DNA of 64,000 bases from Lama guanicoe (lineage: Eukaryota). Made by a program: the position numbers and the translations under genes. Positions 13,608 to 27,850 of the stretch are shown piece by piece. The DNA is taken from assembly GCA_013239625.1 (NCBI GenBank), contig MU054187.1:17662711-17726710 (forward strand), given 5' to 3'. Numbering within the stretch: the first letter of the stretch is position 1; each line of letters begins with the position of its first letter. Under the pieces are notes generated by a model. The model did no database searches, was not told the origin of the DNA, and saw only the letters and a program-made list of their open reading frames with translations.

Positions 13608-15825
13608 TAAATTCAATTTCTTTAACTTGTGAAACAGCAATATAATTTGTCTAATTTACTTAGCTTCAGAATTTTCATTTGTATAAATTGAACCAGGAGA
13701 AGTACCTTTATTGGACTATTTCTTTTCTGAAATTCTAAGACTGAATTTTTATTACAGTGTCTTCATAAAATTATTAGTAAAATGCCTTCATACTTATCTC
13801 ACACAAATATTTAGGTAAATAGCTGTGTAATAGTTGAAGTTTCTCAAAATGTTATAGTAACAACATATTATTTCTAAAGGTATATCTCAAGTTAAGGATT
13901 AAGCTGCACAAATATAATGTTTAATGCTTTCTCAAAAGATAAGAACTTATTATCAGAAACAAGTAATATATCAGTATTCTCATTATGGAGTTCAGATTCT
14001 CTCTTTGGCAGAAAAAGATCAGGGCTTATGTGAGTGATTTTTTTTTTCTTCTTTGCCTGTATTCCTCTTGTATTTCTTATCATGGTCTCAGTGTGTAACT
14101 GCATTTAAAGTGTGCTCTTAAGCATTTGCATAAAGATCCAGAGACCCAATCTGAGTTTGCTAAGTGATACAAATTAAAACTGGGGCTCATTGGAATCTAG
14201 TGTGTTACAGGATTTTTTGCACACTTAGCTCTTCAACTGATTTGTTTTGGATTCTGGAAAAATTCCTTCATGCCTTGGTTAAACTGACTTGTGAAAAAAA
14301 ATGATATATACAACCACTTGTATCACACTAATAGCTATGCGTTTTCCAAGTATTTTGTGAGAAGAAAAGATCAAAGAGCAATTAAAGCTATATTTCCTTA
14401 AAAGCACTGAACCTTAATGCATATGTAAAGAGTGGGTAATTATTAGGGAGAAACAGGTCGGCCAACAAAAGCCAAATGTATGCAACTCCCTTCTTTTGCT
14501 GAAAATCTGTCCTTGTTTTCATGTTAAATTATATATTAAAATACTGCATTTTCCTATTGTGATATTATTATAATGCAGAGGATATGTTTCTGACCAAAGG
14601 CTCTGAATCTACAATACATGATAAAAGCAAATGTATAGTTATAAAATATCATACCCAATTCATTTAAGTAGTGAAGCATAGTCTAAACTTCATAATAGAC
14701 AAAATATATGCACTGTGAGGTGGTTATATGTCTCCAGCATATTTAAAAAAGTTAAACATGTTTATGTTCAAACCACATTTCTACTGTATCTTAAATAATA
14801 ACTATAAAAAGTGAACACATTAACTTTAATTACTACTTATTTACACTAATATAAGTCTGTTCCCCAGCAAGATGATGCACATACGTATATGAATGTTTGT
14901 GTGAATTAGATGACTGACATCTTTTTAAAAACTGTCCAAGAAAGTCTGAAGTAATGAATTTTCATGTAGCATGAGGAGGTAATCAAAATCATTCTCCCCT
15001 ATTTCCTTAATTCTAGGGCGCCATATGTTGTATATGTCCTTAAGTTAGTAAAAATTTTTTTGGAAAGAGAAATAGCAAATGTGCACATTAGAAGCAAAAT
15101 TCTGATTTTATAAATTTTATAACGAAAAAAAAGTACCAAAATGCAGTAAATATTTTTATTTACATTAGAGCTAAATTTTAATTTAAACTTAATTTCTGCA
15201 GTAATCTTTAGAAATATTTATTATGCCATCTTCCTTGAAGAAAATTTGTAATTTTTTATGATTGAGTTAGCATCTGCATCCATATTTAGAATGGAAAATT
15301 TTGGCTAAAACCATCAATTTTTTGAAATCCTGTCTCAATCCAGACTGCCCATGAGACCAGTACCTGAGTTAATCCTATAGAGAGCTTCATGGTGAGCATA
15401 GCAGGGAGACCCATTGTTGAGTAATTTACAGATGATGAATGTCATGAATTGATCCCGTTTATTCATGATTCTGAACCCTTGAAATAATCAAAATACCAAA
15501 AGAATGAGTATAAAGCTATTAGGAAGAATGAATACTTCAGCTTACTCAGAGTCTCTTTAAAGCAAAGGCACATTTTGTGCATAAGTGTAAAGAAATATAT
15601 TTCTGGAAAAATAATTCTAGTTACAATTAGAAGTTGGTGAACTCTGAGGTTTCACTTATTGCTGGTGAAAGAGTTTAGAGCTTTTGAAAACATTTCTCCC
15701 AGACATGGACATGATGGGTTTATTTTAATCAGCAATTACAAAGGTTGACCAAGTGCTAGGCGTCAGTGAGTAGAATACTGGGCAAAAAATCAGTTTTCCC
15801 CCTTGTACAAAACCTGGATGCATCT

Positions 15826-16308
15826 TGTCAAAGGAAAGAATCAAAAAGGCAAGGGAATGTATGTTCAAAACTATTGCAATAGGAGCAAGAGATTGGACTC
15901 AACTTTGCTGAAACAAAAGGTAGGAGAGTTTTTCAATTGGGGTGAGCTAGTGGGATAGTATGGGAAGACACTAGGGGAGACTGGTCAGTGTGATTAGGCT
16001 ATGTTTCCTAATCAGCACTTACTGAAGTCAGACTCTTGGCCTCCTTGCACAGAGGGTGGGGGTGCCATCTTTCCTGATGATTACATTTCCAAAAAAAACT
16101 AGCTCCCAGGTCTTTGAGAAAGACATTCCTTGGTTGTAAAACTGGCAAGATCACTGGAAGAAGATACACGTGTCAAAGGGGCAGAAAAAGAATTTAGAGT
16201 TGCAAGGTTTTTTTAGAGTAAATGCTGTAAATAAGGGGAGGTCAGGGGTCTATAGTCAAGAAGAAACCTGTCTAAAGCTGAGAGGAATGTTAAGGCTGTC
16301 TTTTGTCA
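15826..16308 (-). mobile_element. ERV1 solo LTR (MER31/MER67-like)
   Basis: tgtca...tgtca ends; minus strand begins tgacaaaagacagccttaacattcctctcagc; TSD atct/atcc. Confidence 0.8.
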
Positions 16309-16799
16309 ATCCAAACCTGGAACACAGGTATAGATCTGTTTGCCAGCTCTAGAGAAAAGCATGCAAGTACATGAATCTCCCTTCTTCCTAATCTGATTTA
16401 GATATTTTACTTCTGTGTTGCCACAAGTTTGCCAATATCACAGAACTTATCAGGTCAAATTGAATTTTTTTGTCCATTTACTAATCTTGACACTAGACTC
16501 TAAGGTACATGAGGGCAAGGATCCTGTTTATACTTGTAACCACAGGATCTACTGTAATGCCCCTCACCTCAGTTAATGCCTGCTAAAATAAACTGAATTC
16601 TAAAATTTTAGAGAAAGGTAATTGAGATGAGAAATGAGAATATGGGAATTACAAAAGAATTAAAAGCCTTTAGTTTGGTAAAATGAAGATAGTAAGGGGA
16701 TATGATCGGAAGCCATATATTCCTAGAAGGTTATGAAATTTTCTAGTAAAACCTAGAAAACTAGAAGTGGGCTACACCCAGTGAAGACAGGAAAGGGGG

Positions 16800-16990
16800 C
16801 TTACATTTAATGGACACTGTATGGTACACACCATGTTAGCATACCAAATTTAATCCTTTATCTCTGAGGAAAGCATTGTAAACCCTGTAAGTCAGGAAAC
16901 CGATACCTAGAGTGGCCATATATCTACAAAACAGTGAACCAAGATTTAAACCCTCACTTTTTTAAACCCAGGTCATAAATCCATTAAACT
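16800..16990 (-). mobile_element. MIR remnant
   Basis: tttaatcct...caggaaac...ccaagatttaaaccc. Confidence 0.45.
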
Positions 16991-18572
16991 TGGCTGCCTT
17001 AAACATAAATTATAATAGTTTAAGTTTTAGAAGAAGGGAAAAATGTTCAAATCTTTTCATGTTAGAGATGCCTACAATATTAGATGATACAGCACTAAGA
17101 AGGGATCATCCTCAAACTAGAAATAGAATCAATACAGTATCTGATGTCTCCTAAGTACTAGGGACAAGGAAGGTTGTAAAGAAAACAGGTGTTGTTTGGG
17201 GGTACCTCCCAAAGCTTTTGCAGATGGTGCCAGCACAAGGAGACTTTGTCTCTTGGCAGCACTGTCCACTCTGTGCTACTGGGTTAGATGGACACTGAGA
17301 TCACATTAGAGGGACTCTTCTCTTATACTTAGGCTAATCTCTGTGATTCTTTAGTAATGAAGTATTTTTGTTTATCTGATTGCATTATCACCAAAAAAAA
17401 AAAGTTTGTTTGAAGGAACAACCTTTTTGTTTTTTCAGATACACACTGGGAATGCTATTGACTAAGTCTCTGTGCTAGAGAAGTACTGGGAGTCCCCTTC
17501 AGACAGGAACTATTAAGCCGACTGGTATCAGCCCCATCTGGTTAAATAAACTGTTAAAAGGAGGATATTCCTGAACTGGGGAGGGATGTCTGGGAGAATA
17601 GCTAGCAGGATGGAGAGGATTAACAACAATTTAATTTGATCTGAAAGCCTGATAAAATTCAAATACCCATGCCAGGCTTACATGGAACTTATTTTTCAAT
17701 ATAATATGGCTCGACAATTTTTCTTAAGAATTTGAGGTGAGAAGAAATAAGTTAACTTAATCTAGTCAATACAAGGAATGTCTATGTTCCTCATATGTCT
17801 TTGAAATTCTTTGGTGAATTTCTTGACTTGTGTTCTGACTGATTTTTACCCCTTCCCAGAAAGACACATACTGTAAGGAAGTAAGACCTTGTGCTTTTCT
17901 AGTGCACTGTTGGCGTTCTTCCAACTCTTCTGGAAAACATAATTCTATTACTTACATTCCTATAGAACTGTAAGTTGAAATGAAGAACACTCTTACACAG
18001 CCCCTTAAACAAAAATATCAGGATGCTCTTAAAGAGACTATATCCAAACAGGCATATGTAAAATGATTATTAGTTCATCATCATGCCCCAACAAGACTGC
18101 AAGGTTGCTTAGCAACAGAATCAGGCACGTTTAACAGGAACGGGCATAGAACAATGGTGGAAAATGATCGAAATCTTACACAGGCAAATTCTTTGAATTA
18201 AATCTTTGTGAAAAGACAATACATCAGGGGGAGAATGAGTTTTTAACCTAAGAATTGTTTCCTGAGATTGGTACAGCATTATTTCATAGCTAAACATCAA
18301 CTATATTCCAAAGAATAGATAGAACAATGGTACTTTTAGTCTATACATAATGTAAGGCACTTACAAAACACTATCAGTATTAGCTTCAAAGTGCATAATA
18401 TTTCTATGCTGTCCCATTTTCTTTAAAATTGGAGAGATATATAAAGAAAATTACTTACATAAATAAATACTACAAATATATCTGATTAACTACAAGTGTT
18501 TTCTTTTTGTCATCATATATAATTGGACAATAAAAATAAAATTGTTTTATTTTAAATTTGAACAACATGTAA

Positions 18573-18632
18573 GTATATATACGTGTGTGTGTGTGTGTAT
18601 GTGTTTATATGTAACTACATACACACAAACAT
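18573..18632. repeat. (TA)/(TG)n/(CA) compound microsatellite
   Basis: tatatatacgtgtgtgtgtgtgtgtatgtg. Confidence 0.85.
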
Positions 18633-18869
18633 GCATTATCTAGCTGAGTCCCATTTCCAGTTTAAAAAAAAAAAGCCTACAAAGTATTGTCCTTTTGGGA
18701 ATACCAGATTCACTAATTTTTGACTAGTTTTTATGGAATAGGCTGACTTTATACTACAATACCTATAAAAGCACTGACTTGCTTCTCTTAGATGTAAACA
18801 AATCTGATGTACACGGGCTGTTGTGATGTAATGTGTAAATACCCAGCAAGTCCAATCAAAGAATGAGCT

Positions 18870-19010
18870 CAATATCCTGGCAGGAAACCCCAACTCCAAC
18901 CCTAGTCCTGTCTCTGGCTTGCACAAGTCACTTAACCACCCTGGATCTTATACTCCTCATCTGTAAAAGAAAATCTCCAAGACTTTTTCCAGGTCTAAAA
19001 CTCCTAAAGT
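18870..19010 (+). mobile_element. MIR remnant
   Basis: caagtcacttaacc...tcctcatctgtaaaa core. Confidence 0.6.
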
Positions 19011-19166
19011 TTACATCCAGCAACTCTAAGTAGCTTTTTTTCTCATGGAAGAATTGGTTGTTTTACTGAATTGGTTATTTGACCACTGTCCTCATGGAAA
19101 TACTAGAAGTAGCGGGCCTGTTCACCAGAACTTTCAAATATCAGGCAGAAAAATTTCAATACCAGC

Positions 19167-19167
19167 T

Positions 19168-19218
<51 letters not shown>
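19167..19218. repeat. (TTTA)13 perfect microsatellite
   Basis: Thirteen uninterrupted units counted. Confidence 0.97.
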
Positions 19219-21989
19219 TTTTTTGGTTTGTCTTTGTGTCTGATTATATGTTGCAGAGCTGATTTTTGGTTCCTGGAAGCTAAAAAACACGCAGGTGCAG
19301 ATGTAAATATGTGGCAGCCCTTTGTATCACAAGGCATTCTGTTTTAAAACAACTGGCGTTTTTGCACAGTCTTTAGAAAAAGATTGGATGAGCACATCTG
19401 CTTTCCTTTTCTTGAGAAGTTTTATAACATCACCGAAAGGTCATCCTTAAAATGTCAGACAAGATCAACAACAAAATTTTGGAAAACAGCCAGTCCACCA
19501 ACAAAGTAAACCCAGTGGACTACTTACAGATGTTAAGTTTAAATAAGCAACAGAACCCAAGAGTGGAGGGAGGGCAAGGGAGAGAACTACTCTGTAGACA
19601 CAGCAAAGAAATAATTTCAAGATAAGCTTCATGATACTGAACTGTTGGGAACCAACAGCAGCAAGCAAATCTGGCCCCCCAGGAATTGGTAAAGGGAGCA
19701 CTCGCCAGGAAGCTGGAAGCAGGAAGTCTTAAAATCATGAGTCAGAAAAGCAGAATCACGAGCCACACCTGCACTTGGTCCTATATGCCACTGTCACAAC
19801 AAAGAGAAATTGATGTAAATATTTTAATTGCAAGGAAGTGAAAAAGTGGTTTGTAATCTCAGTTGTTGATGCCAGGCCAGGATTTTGATTTTGTAACTGA
19901 GGATGTAGCCCTGCTGTCCTGACAGCTGAGTAGTAGCTGTTTTCTTCCCACAAAAATACCACTTCCCTACTAGTAAAACTAAAGGGAGAAGCAGCCTTTA
20001 ATAGAGAACCCTTTAAAGGAGGGCTACAGATGTTTAAAACCAGAAACTTAATATTGACATAAGAAGCAAGTAGATTTAGGAAGAGAGCAGGCTACAGAAA
20101 TTGAGGAAGGCTTTATACTTGTAGTTAAAATTTTTAAATTATGAACAGAAATGGAGAATTCTCTGCAACTTGTATTTCATCCATGATTCAAGGAAGTGGC
20201 CTACTGGAAGTTTACCAGGATGAAAAATAACTTTCTGGCAAATGTGAAAACTAATATTGAAACAACAATATAAGGCAGAGGCATATTTTTGTAGCAAAGA
20301 ATTTCACCAGCTTTGTAAGAAAGGCTTTCATAGTTGATACCAGAATCATATTATAGTTATACTTAACATACACTTTAGATTATGGAATACATAAATATAT
20401 AGCCAATATATTGTACATGATGTACTACAATAGTAAATGAATAACTTTATAGTCTTTTTGTGGTCTTTTTAAAGAGCCTGGTGTTCAAATAAATACTGTT
20501 TCAAATTTGGGGATGAGAAGTTTAAAATAAGATGAACCAGATTTCTATAGTCCATTTTCTGATGCTCAAAGTGGGCTGGCAACAAAACGGAGCATGGCTG
20601 AGGCCATGTCATGATCTGTGTTTTCCTTGCACTGTTTGAATAACATTATGCATCCCTAATGTGCAGAGGCACAAATCACTCATACGTTACACTTTTCAGG
20701 CAAGCTTTTACACAGGAATAACCGTCACCTTCAGAACTTTCTTTTCCAACTAATTAGAATAGACCTTGTTTTCTTGTTTCATCAAGCTCCAATTTCTGAG
20801 TTTCCCCTGTGAGGCAATTTATTACTCTATCCTTTCTATTCCCAAATACCCTCTGCAGAAACCTTATGCCCTCAAGTTCTCCACCCTCCTTCATGTATCT
20901 AAACTTGCTTTTGGATCATTCAGATGGAGGTCAAAATGATTAAGACCTTAAAGCACAGCTAATATTTGAATTTCAACGGGAAAGAAAGATTTAAGCTAAA
21001 GGCATGAGATTTCAAAGATAAAGGGATGAGAGTTGACTGCCAACCATCAGTTGGTAGATGGGAAGACATTTTTAGGCATCAGAACTTTTCCACAACTCCA
21101 GTCATAACACTAGTCCTGAAACTATATAGTGAGAGAGATGCAATCATAGGAAAGAATCAAGACACCAGAAAAGAGAAATAAAAACCATTTGTTCTTAGTT
21201 CATAAATAGAATGTAGGGTTTACTAAAAAGGGCACTAAAATTGCTCCCTGTTTCCTAAATCCAAACCAGCCGGCAGAGGAAAGGAGTTGAGTAATGTGGC
21301 ACTGGTTATGGATTGATGGCAGGGGAAGTTCAGTGTGGAATTACAGGTGTACAGGGGATATCAAGATGATATGTATGTGTATGTGTCCGTTGTATATGTG
21401 TAAAGAAGTCACCTCTGTCATCTAGGAAAGGAAATTTACACCTTCCAAAGTTAGTAATGCACTGAGAAGAAATGATAAACTTTAACATCATTTCATTGCT
21501 AAATTGGGTCATATTTGAGGGATGAATCAATAACAATGGCTTCCTTAAAAGGTCCCTCAAGACTATTGAATTTTTTTTATGGGGCTTGTTTTGAAATGAC
21601 ACACACAGGTTCTTTCAAGAATTTTGGTAGTTGTAGTTGACCAAAAACTATAATATGATAGAAAGTAGTTTGTTTTCTCTGTCTCATATACGAAATTAAA
21701 ATGAAAAAGTGAAAAAACCTTACACTTTATTAGTTTATATTTAGCAGTTATGTAAATTGAAACAAACTGATCTTATTACCCATTATAGCTATTTAGTTAC
21801 AAAAAAATTGCTTTGAAAATGATTCCAGATTATGAATATATTTTGTATTCAGAATCATATGAAAAAAGAAGACTCCATATAACTTGCATGGGCTAGTATC
21901 TCATAGTTTTTGATCATTATTCATGGAAAGTAAAAAAATTATTTTCTAACTCCATCATTTGCTACTTTTTTAACAAAAGAGAGATTTTA

Positions 21990-22124
21990 TTGTGCAGCAC
22001 AGGGAAATAGAGTCGTTATTTTGTAATAACTAAATGTAGTATAATCTATAAAAATATTGAATCATTATGCTGTACACCTGAAACTAATATAATATTGTAA
22101 ATCATCCATACTTAAATAAAAAAA
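21990..22124 (+). mobile_element. Short L1 3'-terminal fragment
   Basis: gcacagggaaa...gctgtacacctgaaactaatataatattgtaaatc...aataaaaaaa. Confidence 0.85.
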
Positions 22125-23799
22125 GGAAGCACTTTATTTTTCTTATCAGATGTTCTGTTCTTTGTTAAGAAGAGAGGAAAAAAGCATTACTGACTTACAG
22201 GGAAGTCAGCTCACTGATCTGCCTGATGATTATGAATAAAAGTATTCGCTTTAGAACAGTAGCTCTTAATCCAAAAAAGACTGGCTCTAACATATTCTAC
22301 AAAGAAAAGTATGCCAAGACATAGTCAGAAATCCTTTTTAATTTTTTTTAAAGTTTAAACAATTAGTATACTTTGCATGAATTTTACCTTTCTCCTAAAT
22401 CATTCTACTGTGAAATTTATGATCCTGTAACACTACATTTATGAAGAAAGAATAATAGAGTTCATTTATCTCCACATATTGTATCAATGACATTTAGGTT
22501 TGGATACTAAACTGTTATTGTTTTATAAACCAGTTGAAGATGACTCTGATAACAAGCAGTAAAAGCTGGTGAGAACAATAGATTTTCCACTCTTCGCTGT
22601 CTATTGTTTGTGAGCCTAATTACTCTCGTTGGCCAATTAATGGCAACACATGACAAAATTTCCCTGACTACTAATTAATTAACTTCAGTTTCACTATGTT
22701 TGTAACTGCTAAGGTTTTCTCTAATTCTACAGTGAATATCTCCTTACACTACGCATCCTATTTTCCTCTTCAAACTTCTTCATATGCAAAAAAACTCATT
22801 TTATTAACTTAAGAATCAGATGATACTTGTTATAATCAGAGAAAAAGCAAAGAAGAATGAATATAATGCCAATTAGTATAACTATTAATTAGAAGTTATA
22901 TTTCGAGGGTTTTAAAACAGAAGAGGGGTAGAAATGCTAGTTTGAGGAAAGCTGTAGTATATAACAGAACCCAAAATGGCACCACAGATAATTTCCCAAG
23001 GAGTTAATGTATTTGATACACATCCAGTTTGTGTCCATGGATGGTGAATAACTAGAAGTAAAGGAGAATCACATAGTTACATTTCTGGACAAATCAGGTT
23101 TTAATGTAATAACGGCACTGTTTACCTTAATGATTTCTTAGGGTTTCTTTGTTATATGAGATTATCTGTGTAAAAGCATTATGACTTCAGCCTTGTGAGA
23201 TGTGAAACAAAGTGAGAACTAGTGCAGAGAAGAAAATAAGTAAAGAAAAGGAAAAAAAGAAATGAAAAAGCTGAAAGGTGAATTACATGACTATTAGGTG
23301 CTAGAAGAGTTTATTTGTGCTCTCTTACTTAATCTACATAATGCTCTTTTCAGAATGGTACTGACATACCCATTTTATAGACAAGCAAGTTAGGCTCTTT
23401 AATCATAGGTTGAACTTGAACATCTGCCAGGTTTTCAAGCCTGTGATGGGGACAGTAATGTTAGGAATTTCAATTCCAGTCAAATCAGGACCTGGTGGAG
23501 GCACCACTATGGAAGCATGTAGTTTTAACTCAAATTTTGATCACATTAAAATGTCCTTCTCCATGTTGAGAGTTTATATTTACAAGAACTATAATTCTTG
23601 CCCCTGTAACAATTTCTCTGAGTTGTTTGTGCCAACTAAAGGCTTTGATTGATCTTCATATTAACAAAGCCCTGGAAGTACGTGGTTATCTAATTATCTG
23701 TCTCTATCTCTCGATCTATTCGTTTATTTATTGTTAGTTATCTTTGTTTTTAGGGAAGGGATGCGGAGCGTTACCAGATTCTCAAAACTTGATAAAATA

Positions 23800-24340
23800 A
23801 TCTAATAGTTAACACTTAATGGGGTAATAAGTGCTTCTTCCGGATCCAAACACTGTTGCAGTTCTTTTTAATCCTTACAATATTCTCTGAAATATCTATT
23901 ATCTCTAATTATCAGTAAAGGTACTGGGGAATAGAAAAGTCCAAATTAGTGAGAGGGCTGGAATTCAAATGCAGGCTTGAACACTACTAATTCTTTACCC
24001 TGCACTGCTTTTTACTGTTGATAATCAATAAACGTTTGTTTATTTCCTTTACTGCAGCTGGGGACAAAGAATACAGGTGTGTGACAGAAATGTAGAATGG
24101 TAAAGCAATTACCTGAACTAGTACAGGTTAGTTTTAAAGTAAATGGTATAATAATAATGCTACTTAGCGGTTACCGAGTATTGTGCTAGGAGCTGAGCAT
24201 TAAGTACTTTACACGCTTTCTTTTATTTAAATCTCACACATACACTACCTGCCTTAGGAAGGAGGTAATATAAATGTGCCAAGGTGATTGAAATAACACG
24301 ATCACGTACAGGCAATGAAACTGGGAAAGAGTTTCCCGGG
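23800..24340 (-). mobile_element. Two MIR remnants
   Basis: ttaatccttacaa...gggctggaattcaaatgcagg; gtattgtgctagg...aaatctcacac. Confidence 0.5.
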
Positions 24341-24814
24341 CTGATAGTTGAATTTTGGCCAAGACATTAAGGAGAGAAGGGATGGGGACTAGTGGGGAGA
24401 ATGAACAGTTATTCACAGTAGGGAGAAAGCACTGGTGTAAGCATTGTATCCCTTGCTTAAGAACTGTGGATCCTGATAACCCCAAAATTGGGCTCTGAAG
24501 GCAGATGTCTTGCAGTGTGAAAAAAAATTAACTGGTATCTATTCATCTCTTTATATTTGAACATGACTGTTTTGCAGATGTGTTGAAATGAATGATTCAA
24601 GTTCTCTTTCAGGTCTGAAATAAACGTTTCTATCAGAGTTAGAATCCATGGGACAGTATTTGAAAGTCCATAGACAATCCTCACCTTTTTTAGTGTTTTA
24701 TGCTCTGGAAAAACAGACAACAGCAACAAAAAAATCTTATTTCCTTTTATGTATAGTTATTATTAATCTTGTCAAGAAACCCAATTTGATATATGTATGC
24801 CAAAGTATAAATGA

Positions 24815-25648
24815 AATATTTTAAATCGATAAATATTATATTAGTTCAAGGTGTGCAATGTGACAATTTGATATATGTTTATATTGTGAAATGATTACCA
24901 TGGTTAAGTTCAGTTAACATTAATTAATTCACATAATTATAGTTTTTTTTCTTGTGATAAGAACTTTTAAGATCTAATCTCTTAGGAACTTTCAAACATA
25001 CAGTTCAGTATTGTTAACTGTAGTGACCAGGCTATACATTACATCTCCAGTACTCATGTATCTTATAACTGGAAGTTTTTATCTTTTGATCATCTTCACC
25101 CATTTTTCCCACCCCAGCCCCTAACTCTGGCAACCATCAACCTATTCTTTCCATCTATGAGTTCAGTTTTTTAGATTTCACATATAAGTGAGATCATAAA
25201 GTATTTATCTTTCTCTCTTTGACTTATTTCACTTAGCATGATGCCCCTGCAAAGTCCACATATGTGGTCACAAATAGCTGAATTTCTTTCTTTCTCATGG
25301 CTGAACAATAGTCAATTGTATGTACCCAATTTTCTTTATCCATTCACCTCTCAAAACACTTAGGCTGCTTCCCGTGTCTTAGCTATTGTAAATAATGCTA
25401 CAGTGAATATGAGGGTGCAAATATCTTTTTGAGATAGTGATTTAACTTCCTCTGGATATATAACCAGAAGAGGAATTGTTGGATCATATGGTAGTTCTAC
25501 TTTTTTTTTTTTAATAACCTTCATACTATTTTCCATAGAAGCTACACCAATTTAACATTCTTACCAATAGTTCTCTTTTCTCCACATCCTCACTTGTGTT
25601 TTTGGTAATAGCCATTCTAATAGGTGTGAGGTGATTATCACATTGTGG
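24815..25648 (-). mobile_element. LINE-1 3' end (L1MA-type)
   Basis: ttagatttcacatataagtgagatcat...gacttatttcacttagcat...ggatcatatggtagttcta. Confidence 0.92.
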
Positions 25649-25785
25649 AATCTTAACTCATTTAGTTAGTTCTTCCTGTAATGTTTTATTCATTCCTACC
25701 ACAAATTCCTTCACATGAAGATTTTTGGTTATATCATAGCATCAACATGATAACCTAGATCACCTGACTCTGTGTATGCCCTTTA

Positions 25786-25934
25786 TTTTTTATTTTATTT
25801 ATTACTTTTTTTTTGGAGGGTGAGGTAGTTAGGTTTATTTATTTACTTATTTTTAGAGGAGGTACTGGGGATTGAACCCAGGACCTTGTGTATGCTAAGC
25901 ATGAGCTCTACCACTTGAGCTACACTCTCCCCCA
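25786..25934 (-). mobile_element. tRNA-derived SINE (Vic-1-like, camelid)
   Basis: Minus strand gggggagagtgtagctcaagtggtagagc...ggttcaatcccc (A and B boxes), A-rich tail, 16-bp TSD ctgtgtatgc(c/t)cttta at 25770 and 25935. Confidence 0.9.
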
Positions 25935-26734
25935 CTGTGTATGCTCTTTAAATAAGAGTTAGTCACACAATTAATCCCCAAAGATAATTAATAATTTTGT
26001 ATGCTCTGCTTTCACACACATTTGGCATTCTTTTGCTTTTCATTATTCATTTATTTGTTTGCAAGCCTTTTGTTAAAATAGCTGGTACACAAATCATTTC
26101 CCGATTGCCACATGTAGCATTCTGATTCTTTTTGCATTTTAGAGTTATTAGCCTTTACAACTAGAGTGGAGGCTGGGAACTTACAGGCAAAACAGTGCTT
26201 GCTTTTGGCGCTTTTCAGAAAAGGATATTTGTAAATATGCATTACTGATTAAAGAAAACTGATTAATCATTCTAAATGTATGTGACTCTTTTAGACTAAG
26301 CATAAAGTGTAAATTAGACTAACTATAAGCTGTTCTTTTTTCCTACTAGAGCAAATGGAAATAATATTTTGTACAAAAAGAAAAGTTTTTCCTATCCACA
26401 TTTTGAATCATAGCTCTCCTCTTCTTTGAAAGTTAATTCTGAGTGAGATGTATTTATATCTCATTGAAATCTTTGACAAAGCCGACTTAGTCATCCCTTT
26501 GAGTAATGGCTTATCTAACATTGAAATATCTCAAACCTATGAACAGTAATAGCTTAAATGGATAAATGTTACTCATATTGACACAATTCATCAAGGAGAA
26601 TATGTTAGAATATATTAGAAATGTGTTAGACAGTGAAGGAACAAATACAATTTTTAAATATTGCCTTGATACTTAGTCCATTGGTTAAGAACATGAGAAC
26701 AAGTTTCATCTGTTTCAAGGAAGCAGAGTGTTTG

Positions 26735-26930
26735 CAGATCACGTAACATTTACTAGGCATGTTCTCTGTCTGGAAGGATATATGCATTTATACATGTCAT
26801 TTAATTTAACCACATCCCTCTGTAACAATGTTATCCTTGTTTGCAGATAGGAAACAGACTCAGATAGATTAAGAATGTTATCAAATTCTAGTAAGTAGCA
26901 AAACCAAAGGAAAGCTCTTTCTGACACATC
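26735..26930 (-). mobile_element. MIR
   Basis: catttaattt...ttgcagataggaaacagactcagatagattaag. Confidence 0.7.
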
Positions 26931-27589
26931 AGTGTGGGTCTATATCTCTGAGAATTGATAAACATTAAGAGCCTTCTTCCAGAAAAATACGTAAAGGAAC
27001 AACATGAGCAATGCTATAACAGTACAAATCTCACTACACACTTGGTGTGTTGGGCCTTGCTTTTTCTGGTAGATCTTTCGCAAAATCGCTTTCCTCTGAG
27101 ATGGTGGGCTTTAAATATTTTCTCTGAAGACTTTCCTAAATTATACCTATGAGAAAATTATTTTGCTTTAGGTCTAAAGAAAAACGAAACCTTACTTAAC
27201 TACACCTAGGTGCCAGTGGCGTACTATGAAGGCTACACTTGCCAGGATTCAATCTAAAGTGGCTCCACAAACTGTCCATAGTCCTAGGATTTCTTTCTGA
27301 TATTTTGAGGTAGAAATAATTTAATAATTATTTTTTAAAAGGGGAGAGGAAAACAGTTTCTTGGTCCTCAGCATCATGCTGTTAGCCTGCCCACTGCCGT
27401 AGGCTAATTCTTTCTTACTCTGTTGCCCCTTAGTGCAGAGAGTGTGTTCCTGGACCCTCCCTCACAGTCTTCTTAATAAGTGCATCTTAATAAACCCAGC
27501 CCTTTTCAAGCAGCCAGTTTGTCCCGAAGAGTCTTGGGGTTGGCTGTACCCATGTATGTATAATTCTGAACTTTTCACTTAGGGTCTTT

Positions 27590-27850
27590 ACAGTCGGTAG
27601 AGCATAATGGCTAAGAGAATTGGCACTGATAACAGATCCGAGTCCAAATACTGCCTCTGCCCCTAACTAGCTGTATAACCTTGGAGAAATCACTGAAGCC
27701 CCTTAAAAGGATCAGACTTCCATCTGTAAAATACTATAATAAATGCACCTACCCCATATGGTTAATTGTAAATTAATATGACATGAGATGGTGCACGTTA
27801 AGCATTAGTACAGTGCCCGGCTCTTTAGGTGCCTAATATATAGTAGTTTT
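27590..27850 (+). mobile_element. MIR (near full length)
   Basis: gcataatggctaagag...actagctgtataaccttgg...catctgtaaa...agtacagtgcccgg. Confidence 0.8.

Noticed and set aside
19045..19347. 100-aa ORF with a hydrophobic FIYL repeat
   Set aside because: Translation of the (TTTA)n microsatellite.
25860..25933. tRNA gene
   Set aside because: The A-rich tail and TSD identify it as a SINE.
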